In this document: positions 57,702 to 64,000 of the stretch, piece after piece
Numbering within the stretch: the stretch's first letter is position 1
Layout: every line of letters begins with the position of its first letter
Source of the DNA: Dehalococcoidia bacterium UBA6495
GTDB lineage: Bacteria; Chloroflexota; Dehalococcoidia; Lucifugimonadales; UBA826
NCBI GenBank assembly: GCA_002435305.1
Contig: DJMH01000116.1
Span: 23,913-87,912 of the forward strand
Reading direction: 5' to 3'
Length of the DNA stretch: 64,000 nucleotides
The notes under the pieces: model-generated
Databases searched by the model: none
Seen by the model: only the letters and a program-made list of their open reading frames with translations
Told to the model about the DNA's origin: nothing
Position numbers and translations under genes: made by a program

Positions 57702-58994
57702 ATGAGAAGCTCTATAGGGGTTGGACTTATTGGAATGGGAGTAGTTGGATCAGGGGTAGCAAGGGTAATAACTGAAAACTCTACCGCATTGCATAGTCAC
57801 GTAGGTTTGCCATTAAAGCTAATGAAAGTAGCAGTTCGTGATACCTCGAAGCAAAGAGAATTCATGGGTGCTCAAAATATTTTAGGAGATAATCCTGAAG
57901 AATTAATAAATGATGAATCAGTAAATATTGTGGTGGAATTGATGGGTGGTGAACATCCAGCATTGGAATTGATTCTGGCAGCGGTAAAAAATGGGAAACA
58001 TGTAGTAACTGCGAACAAAGAAGTGATATCAAAACATGGCGCTGATATATTTTCCTTGGCTAGAGAGAATAACGTCAGAGTACTTTTCGAAGCAAGTGTG
58101 GGTGGGGGAATACCAATAATTTCTCCCTTGATGCGTGACTTGGTGGCTAATGACATCAAATCTATTAAAGCAATCATCAATGGAACTACCAATTATATTC
58201 TGACTCGAATGGCGAACGAACAAGCTGATTATCAGCAAGTGCTACAGGAGGCCCAAAAATTGGGCTATGCTGAATCAGATCCAACCAGTGATGTAGAGGG
58301 AATAGATGCGGGATATAAATTATCGATATTGTCTACCTTAGCCTTCAGGGCTAGCGTGAAAAACACTGATATATATACGGAAGGGATAACTAACCTTACT
58401 GATAAGGATTTTTTATATGCTAAAGAATTAGGATATTCGATAAAGCTGTTAGCTATAGCTACCCGAACCGGTTCTAGTGTACTAGGAAGAGTTCATCCTG
58501 CTTTGATCCCAGAGGATCAAATGCTGGCCAAGGTCGATGATGCTCTGAATGCCGTGGAAGTAGAGACAGATTTGGTAGATAAAGTATTGTTTCATGGCCC
58601 AGGCGCAGGCTCTATGCCGACGAGTAGTGCCGTAGTGGCGGATATCGTCAATATTGCCCGAACCATTGCTGGTGGTACTGATTTACTAGACCCGGTCCAG
58701 TTATCTGAGGAGATAGAGATAAGATCAATAGATACGTTGATAACCAAATACTATTTTAGACTTGAAGCTGAGGATCAACCAGGAGTACTTGCTAGAATTG
58801 CTGCTGTTTTCGGAGATTGCGGGATCAGCATTTCATCTTTTATCCAAAAGGGATTGGGTGATCAATCTACAAATGCTGAACTGGTCATTATGACTCACGA
58901 GGCCAATGAAAGTTCTGTAACGCGGGCTGTATCGAGCTTAAGGGAATTAGATGTCGTGAGAATGATAGGTAATGTGATCCGGGTGGTCGAATAA
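57702..58994 (+). CDS. hom: Homoserine dehydrogenase
   Basis: 'GVGLIGMGVVGSGV', 'VVTANK', 'FEASVGGGIPII', 'GYAESDPTSDVEG', and a C-terminal ACT domain. Confidence 0.95.
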   Translation: MRSSIGVGLIGMGVVGSGVARVITENSTALHSHVGLPLKLMKVAVRDTSKQREFMGAQNILGDNPEELINDESVNIVVELMGGEHPALELILAAVKNGKHVVTANKEVISKHGADIFSLARENNVRVLFEASVGGGIPIISPLMRDLVANDIKSIKAIINGTTNYILTRMANEQADYQQVLQEAQKLGYAESDPTSDVEGIDAGYKLSILSTLAFRASVKNTDIYTEGITNLTDKDFLYAKELGYSIKLLAIATRTGSSVLGRVHPALIPEDQMLAKVDDALNAVEVETDLVDKVLFHGPGAGSMPTSSAVVADIVNIARTIAGGTDLLDPVQLSEEIEIRSIDTLITKYYFRLEAEDQPGVLARIAAVFGDCGISISSFIQKGLGDQSTNAELVIMTHEANESSVTRAVSSLRELDVVRMIGNVIRVVE

Positions 58995-59019
58995 TCGCTT
59001 TTTATCGTTGGAGGTTTGC

Positions 59020-59364
59020 ATGCAGCATTTGTTGTTTTACGGGTGGAATCGTTGAAGTAGCTGTACAAAAGCGAAGGCGGAGCTTTCGCAGGCTGGATTT
59101 GACTGTGAAATAAGAGATTTTTTCAAGGATCCCTTTTCTTTGGATGAACTTCAGGATGGTTTATTAGGAGATGATCCATCTGAGCTATTTTCTTGGAGAA
59201 GCCCCTCTTTTAAAAAGTTAGGTTTGGAAAAATCAAATATGTCTGTCTCTGAAATGTTGGATCTAATGATCGCAGAACCTAGGTTAATCAAAAGACCTAT
59301 CGTAATGTATCAGGGCAAAAGATTTGTAACTTCGGAATGGAAAAAGATTTTGAGGTCGGACTAA
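59020..59364 (+). CDS. ArsC/Spx/YffB-family thioredoxin-fold protein, predicted selenoprotein (UxxC; UGA at 59053-59055 read as Sec)
   Basis: GGAGG (59010-59014), 5 nt, ATG 59020. The sequence reads MQHLLFYGWNR-[TGA]-SSCTKAKAELSQAGFDCEIRDFFKDPFSLDEL..LIKRPIV with no other stop. The TGA aligns with the first Cys of the family CxxC motif, and a hairpin follows 15 nt downstream. Confidence 0.7.
59059..59094 (+). promoter_or_regulatory. SECIS-like stem-loop downstream of the in-frame UGA
   Basis: The upper stem 59071-59078/59082-59089 has 8 bp including one G.U, with a GGA apical loop. The lower stem is 59059-59062/59091-94. The loop starts 23 nt after the UGA. Confidence 0.5.
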
Positions 59365-59366
59365 AT

Positions 59367-60173
59367 ATGATTAATTTGTCTGGGAAAGAAGCTATAGTCA
59401 CGGGTGCAGGGAGCGGTATAGGTAGGGGTATATGCTCGGTTTTGGCCTTGGCAGGGGCAAATGTGTTAGTGACAGATATATCTGGGAAAGGCGCAGAGGA
59501 TACACTAAAACATTGTGGTTACGGTGATAAATTTAGAGCAAGGCAAATGGATGTTACTAATGAAAATTCAATTGATGAAATTATTTCAGAACACATCAAG
59601 GATAGAAAAAAAATTGATATATTGGTCAACAATGCCGGAATAATCGGATCTGAAGGTTGGTCGAATAGAGAAATTCCGAATAGTCAAGACTGGACCGAAG
59701 TATATGAGGTTAATGTAAGAGGGGTTGTAAAGGTTTCCGAAAGGGTTAGCAAAGAGTTTCAGAACCAGAAACGCGGCAAAATTATTAACATTGCTTCAAT
59801 AGCCGCTCGGCAGGGAAGTCCAGATTCACCACATTACAGTACTTCAAAGGCGGCAGTTGTGAGTTGGACACAATCGCATGCTTTACAAATGGCTGCATAT
59901 AATGTGAATGTAAATGCCGTTTGTCCAGGGCTCATATGGACTCCAATATGGGAATCGATCGCAAGAAAAAGATCCCAATTTGGAGGCAGTCTTGAGACCA
60001 AAGGTCTTGAAGGTAAAAAGCTTTTCGATCAAACTGTTAAAGCTTGGGTCCCGCTTCAAAGAGAGCAGACTCCGGAAGATATCGGAAATATGGTGGCCTT
60101 TTTAGCATCCGATCTCGCCGAAAATATTACAGGTCAGTCTATTAACGTGGATGGGGGTCGGTTTACCAATTAA
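59367..60173 (+). CDS. Short-chain dehydrogenase/reductase (SDR)
   Basis: 'KEAIVTGAGSGIGRG', 'NNAG', 'YSTSKAA', 'VCPGLIWTP'. ATG 59367 is preferred to the track start at 59337, which would overlap the preceding gene. Confidence 0.85.
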   Translation: MINLSGKEAIVTGAGSGIGRGICSVLALAGANVLVTDISGKGAEDTLKHCGYGDKFRARQMDVTNENSIDEIISEHIKDRKKIDILVNNAGIIGSEGWSNREIPNSQDWTEVYEVNVRGVVKVSERVSKEFQNQKRGKIINIASIAARQGSPDSPHYSTSKAAVVSWTQSHALQMAAYNVNVNAVCPGLIWTPIWESIARKRSQFGGSLETKGLEGKKLFDQTVKAWVPLQREQTPEDIGNMVAFLASDLAENITGQSINVDGGRFTN

Positions 60174-60187
60174 AATGATTGCTCGTG

Positions 60188-61723
60188 CTATTCCATAGGA
60201 TCCTTGGCCATTCTGGGTTTCACCAATAAAAGGCATGGAAATATTCCAATTAAGCAGAGTATTGCACCAATCATAAAAAAATCATGGAATAAATTTATTC
60301 CTGCTTGGATTAATAGATTTTCAAATTCCAACGTGGGGGTGCCAAAAATTCCAGTTCCAGGAATTTTTAAACCTATACCTAGTAGTAAATCTTGGAATCT
60401 TTGAGATCCCCAAGCTGATAGCGCAGCGATTCCAAAAGTCATTCCAAGGAATCGTGAAGAGCTGATTATTCCAGCTGCCGAGCCTTGGTATTGTGTACTA
60501 GAGCTGTTGATAGCGGATGTTGTAATCGGGGCTATCATCAACCCAAAGCCAAACCCTGCCACTAATAAATGATATGACATCAGTGGGTCCCCAATTAATT
60601 CGTTCCAGCGGCTCATAAACAGTAGAGCTACAAAACAAAATATAAGCCCGGAAATCGCTGGTATCCTGAGATCAAAATGTTTGCTAAGCCATCCCCCCAT
60701 CACCGCCCCTATTGGGATAGCGATTGTCATCCTCATTAGGATTAAGCCCCCTTCGAGAGAGGTGCCGGATAGGACGGTATTTACCATTAGTGGTATTGTC
60801 ACCATACTTATGATAAGGGCTGCCCCGTAGAATAAATGTAAGGTGTTCGCGGCTAGGAATGGGACGTTTTTAAATAGGTCAATTGGTACGACGGAATTAT
60901 CGTTCTGCTTTGATAGCAGGTAGTAACCGATTAACAAAGATACCCCCACAGATACAAAAATTACCAAAAATGATGTGTTACTTCCAGATTGTGAGCATCC
61001 CAATGTGATAAAGCAGATCGCGGCGACTATTATGCCTGAGCCAAGGTAATCTATTTTATGCGCGATGCCCTTAGAGTTAGGGACAAGAAATAAAATCCCC
61101 GCTATTACGAGTAACCCGATTGGTATGTTTAACCAAAATACCCACTGCCATGAAAAAAACTGAGTGATTATTCCTCCCCATAAAGGACCTGTAACTGCGC
61201 CTGCTTCTGCGGATGCCCCGGTCAATCCCAAAGGGATAGCTCTTTCCTTGCCTGAATAAAAATCACTAATGATTGCTATCGTAATTGGGATTAAGGCGCC
61301 AGCCCCGACAGCTTGGATTATTCGAGTGCCAATAACCCAGTTTATGGAGCTTGTGACTTCTAAAATGCCGGATACACAGCTTCTGATTAAAGTACTGTCA
61401 TGGTAGGAATAAGATTCCAAGAACCCCATGGAATTAGTCAATCCTGTACCAACCGATCCCAGCATAAAAACCGACATAGAAGCTACGTAGATAAATTTGC
61501 GTCCATATATGTCGGAAATTCTGCCCATAATAGGCATTACAGATACGTATCCTAATAGGTAACCTGTAACTGTCCACATGGCCTTATCCAGTTCTGCCAC
61601 ATCCACCATTAAATCCGACATTATCTGGGGAAGTATCGTTACGATTACAGTTTGATCGTCGGCAGCAAAAAATATACCTGCAAAAACAGGGATCAGAGCT
61701 ACGGTTTTGTTGGAAATTTTCAT
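60188..61723 (-). CDS. MFS transporter, DHA2 (14-helix, EmrB/P55-like)
   Basis: 511 aa, 'AADDQTVIVTILPQIMSDL', about 14 helices. It lies immediately downstream of the LprG-like gene. Confidence 0.8.
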   Translation of the reverse strand: MKISNKTVALIPVFAGIFFAADDQTVIVTILPQIMSDLMVDVAELDKAMWTVTGYLLGYVSVMPIMGRISDIYGRKFIYVASMSVFMLGSVGTGLTNSMGFLESYSYHDSTLIRSCVSGILEVTSSINWVIGTRIIQAVGAGALIPITIAIISDFYSGKERAIPLGLTGASAEAGAVTGPLWGGIITQFFSWQWVFWLNIPIGLLVIAGILFLVPNSKGIAHKIDYLGSGIIVAAICFITLGCSQSGSNTSFLVIFVSVGVSLLIGYYLLSKQNDNSVVPIDLFKNVPFLAANTLHLFYGAALIISMVTIPLMVNTVLSGTSLEGGLILMRMTIAIPIGAVMGGWLSKHFDLRIPAISGLIFCFVALLFMSRWNELIGDPLMSYHLLVAGFGFGLMIAPITTSAINSSSTQYQGSAAGIISSSRFLGMTFGIAALSAWGSQRFQDLLLGIGLKIPGTGIFGTPTLEFENLLIQAGINLFHDFFMIGAILCLIGIFPCLLLVKPRMAKDPME

Positions 61724-61743
61724 TATGTATTTAGCTGTAAATA

Positions 61744-62457
61744 CTAGTTTAAAGGGTTCTCAATAACTATTGCCTCATTAAATCTGGATATGTCAATTAT
61801 TCTTTGGATTTCGTCTATATTTTCTGAATCATCATATCCATTCAATTGACCAAAAATAATTGCTCTGGTTAGGTAGAGGGAGTCTTTGTCTATCCACACA
61901 ATTATTTCAACGTTATTATCACTTGTGTCTCCGACCAAATTAGAAAGTGATGAAGCCGGCATAGATCCTTCTATGTTCCAATATTTCTCGCTAGTGGATC
62001 TGAATTTTGGGGAAGTAATGCTGGATAGTATTTTCTCAATTCCTTTCTCGGGATCAAAAAAGGAAAGAGGGGTTACGGAATCTTCGGTCACCTCCCATTT
62101 TTGAGTAAGTGGGTTTAAGAAAAAAGTAGTATTGCCGATCGTTGAAAAACCGCCAGAAAGGGTCAAATTGCCAAACAAGAATTTGGCTTCAATAAGCATT
62201 GAATTCCTATCAGATATTAACCCGGTTGCGCTCGAGAAAACCAAATCACCAATTCGGGTGCCACTAATATTCTTGTGCGATAATCGAAATTCAAAAGACG
62301 AGACAGACTTCATTATTGTTCCGCTCTGGTCTAATATTTGCTTTGCCGTCCTGGTTTGGCTTTCGGAGGAAAGTGGGTTATCTGATGTACAAGATAGATT
62401 TAATAGACTAACTAGATAAATGACTACTAGAATAATGTAGAAATTATTTTTTATCAT
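61744..62457 (-). CDS. LppX/LprAFG (DUF1396)-like lipid-binding lipoprotein
   Basis: The signal peptide ends 'LLNLSC'. Size, beta-rich pattern and 'VEIIVWIDKDSLYLTR' resemble the LprG family. Synteny with a DHA2 MFS supports the call. Confidence 0.55.
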   Translation of the reverse strand: MIKNNFYIILVVIYLVSLLNLSCTSDNPLSSESQTRTAKQILDQSGTIMKSVSSFEFRLSHKNISGTRIGDLVFSSATGLISDRNSMLIEAKFLFGNLTLSGGFSTIGNTTFFLNPLTQKWEVTEDSVTPLSFFDPEKGIEKILSSITSPKFRSTSEKYWNIEGSMPASSLSNLVGDTSDNNVEIIVWIDKDSLYLTRAIIFGQLNGYDDSENIDEIQRIIDISRFNEAIVIENPLN

Positions 62458-62477
62458 TATTACTCACTACGGCAGGC

Positions 62478-62513
62478 AAAAAAAAACCCCGTTCGAGCGA
62501 GCGGGGTTTTTTT
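62478..62513 (-). terminator. Rho-independent terminator (bidirectional in shape)
   Basis: A9-CCCCG..loop..CGGGG-T7, located between the 62538-63638 gene and the LprG-like gene. Confidence 0.75.
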
Positions 62514-62537
62514 ATCCAAAGGAATTTTATATCTGAA

Positions 62538-63638
62538 TTATGTTCTGTTCCTCGAAAGGATAACAGAGCCAACTCCTACCATCGCGATGCCAAGTAGGCA
62601 TGACAGTAACATAAGATCTCTAATTATTTTTTCCCCAACGCTTGGTAGCCCAAGCCCTAATACACTACCGCCGCCGCCAGCACCTGCCACGGTTGCTATT
62701 TTACTTCCTGGGAGATCCTTAGCTTCTAAGGTTAGAGTGGCCATTTGCTGAGCGCTAGCTCTAGCCTGCGCAACCCCTCCCTCTCCGGTAGAGGAAGAAA
62801 TGGATCCATCTGTATTTGCATCCCAGCCATTCCTGGCTGCCGAAAGTTCGTTGAAAATTTTCCCAGCAAAAATATTTGCCACGGATGCACTGGTTTGGGA
62901 GGCGATGTCGTTGTCCGCAGTAGCTTTTGCAGCATTAACCCACGATGAAATGTTAGCTGCAGAGGCTATTACCCCAGCAGCCCCTTCAGCCAGATTGCTA
63001 TCTTCAACATCTTCAGCAGCTGCGGCGGTGACGTTAGCTCCTAAGCCGTCGGCGAGACCGCTAATCGTGGAGGCATCCGCAACGGCACTAGCTATCTCAG
63101 TTTTTACCTCATCAATGTCGGATGACGATTGTGCGGAGAAAGCGCTAGCTATTGCTGCTGCTAAATGCGCGTCTATGCTGTTTATATCAGCCATTGCGTT
63201 ATTGATATAAACGGCAGCATTTACTGGTACGTTATCACTATAGGCCGTAGATCCACCCGACCCGTTCGTTAATTTAATCCGGCTATAGCTTACTAAAAGA
63301 TCTTGGCCGTCATATCCTGCCGAAGTACTGTCGTAAACGAAATTTATGTTTCCAGTTGCTTGGATAACACCTTGAATAACTGGTTGGACTACAGATAGCT
63401 CTCCTAAATCCAGAGACTTAGTACCATCTGATGATACGAGCACTGCATTATATGCACTACCTTCGGCAGGAGGAGCAACCCCCGACATTGAAACGACTAA
63501 GGAGTCGTTAACAGCCTGATCATTCGTTACTACGGCTGTACCGTAAGTCACAGCATCGGATTCTGCAAAGACTACTGTCGGTATTAGAAACGACACCATC
63601 AATGCGGTTATGATTATTAATGTCTTGGTCCTGAACAT
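62538..63638 (-). CDS. Ala/Ser-rich secreted protein with C-terminal membrane anchor or sorting-signal-like tail
   Basis: Signal peptide 'MFRTKTLIIITALMVSFLIPTVVFA', a low-complexity Ala-rich core, and the C-terminus 'LPSVGEKIIRDLMLLSCLLGIAMVGVGSVILSRNRT'. Confidence 0.6.
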   Translation of the reverse strand: MFRTKTLIIITALMVSFLIPTVVFAESDAVTYGTAVVTNDQAVNDSLVVSMSGVAPPAEGSAYNAVLVSSDGTKSLDLGELSVVQPVIQGVIQATGNINFVYDSTSAGYDGQDLLVSYSRIKLTNGSGGSTAYSDNVPVNAAVYINNAMADINSIDAHLAAAIASAFSAQSSSDIDEVKTEIASAVADASTISGLADGLGANVTAAAAEDVEDSNLAEGAAGVIASAANISSWVNAAKATADNDIASQTSASVANIFAGKIFNELSAARNGWDANTDGSISSSTGEGGVAQARASAQQMATLTLEAKDLPGSKIATVAGAGGGGSVLGLGLPSVGEKIIRDLMLLSCLLGIAMVGVGSVILSRNRT

Positions 63639-63901
63639 AGCTTAAACAATGCCTCCTTGACCAATGATTTGACTGAATCAGTCTTAGTTATTTAGTTACG
63701 CGTAGTTATAACACTACCACAAACATGTTCCGCATAGTAGCACTTCACGGGAGAAGATTCCAATAGAAATTGCTGCAATAATACTGGAAATACCGGTTTA
63801 GGCACATCGTACAATATGTTTAGATATTCTTACTGTTGGTTAAATTTGGTTGAAAAGAGACGATTCTTGTTTCATAAATAATTAAGGGGTAGGAGGAATA
63901 G

Positions 63902-64000
63902 TTGTTTTCGTATTCCAGACAACATGGTTCAAAACCTCCTGAGATTAGGAATCTAAGAAGACTCTATTCTGGTCTCTCTTCATTAGGGATAATCCCTCAG
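63902..64000 (+). CDS. Possible 5' end of a CDS running off the window
   Basis: AGGAGG (63891-63896), 5 nt, TTG 63902, then 33 open codons to the window edge. Too short to classify. Confidence 0.3.
   Translation, partial: MFSYSRQHGSKPPEIRNLRRLYSGLSSLGIIPQ

Noticed and set aside
59140-59364. I considered taking the track's 74-aa TTG-initiated ORF at face value as a truncated ArsC-like pseudogene.
   Set aside because: The upstream in-frame sequence has a strong SD + ATG, family-typical residues on both sides of a single TGA at the CxxC position, and a downstream hairpin. Sec recoding explains the data better. Pseudogenisation (TGC/TGT to TGA) remains the alternative and is listed under would_refute.
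1-64000. I looked for CRISPR arrays, tRNA/rRNA genes, IS elements, transposases or integrases, prophage genes, toxin-antitoxin pairs and reverse transcriptases.
   Set aside because: I found no spaced direct-repeat arrays, cloverleaf-like intergenic sequences or DDE, tyrosine or serine recombinase motifs. All intergenic gaps are 402 nt or shorter. Absence is by eye only and should be confirmed with tRNAscan-SE, Infernal and ISEScan.

Overview
The window is a compact, almost entirely coding stretch of about 60 genes. It contains no rRNA, tRNA, CRISPR array, transposase, integrase or recognisable transcription factor. TTG and GTG starts are frequent, and several convergent gene pairs share overlapping stop codons. 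Positions 1-21.7 kb form a catabolic paralog island: six MFS transporters plus an EamA transporter, two enolase-superfamily enzymes, an LLM flavin oxidoreductase, an amidase, an amidohydrolase, SDR, AKR, dienelactone hydrolase, HpcH aldolase, an iodotyrosine-deiodinase-like nitroreductase and an NHL propeller. At 21.8-26.5 kb there is a visibly AT-richer imuB-dnaE2 mutagenesis cassette behind a promoter with an embedded Gram-positive-type LexA box. At 27.2-36.7 kb a 14-repeat Kelch exported protein is translationally coupled to two giant double-FtsX permeases, and no ABC ATPase occurs anywhere in the window. The remainder is housekeeping and envelope genes: fmt, an MMPL/RND transporter, mutS2, thrB-lysC, two GT2 polyprenyl-phosphate glycosyltransferases, trpA-aroH, an LLM-FAH-PTE operon, thyX, rpsF-ssb-rpsR, hom and an LprG-like/MFS pair. 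The gene content suggests a marine Chloroflexota (SAR202-like) genome: FMNO/enolase/MFS expansion, ThyX, LprG/MMPL and a GAAC-N4-GTTC SOS box. That assignment is inference only. The most notable items are listed here.
- An unannotated ArsC/Spx-fold selenoprotein at 59020-59364. An in-frame UGA sits exactly on the first Cys of the CxxC motif and a SECIS-like hairpin follows it; the ORF track truncates this gene.
- The ATPase-less Kelch + FtsX + FtsX operon.
- An orphan promoter/terminator-bracketed structured region at 51.28-51.46 kb that may be an sRNA.
- A bacterial IYD homolog that keeps the substrate-binding triad.
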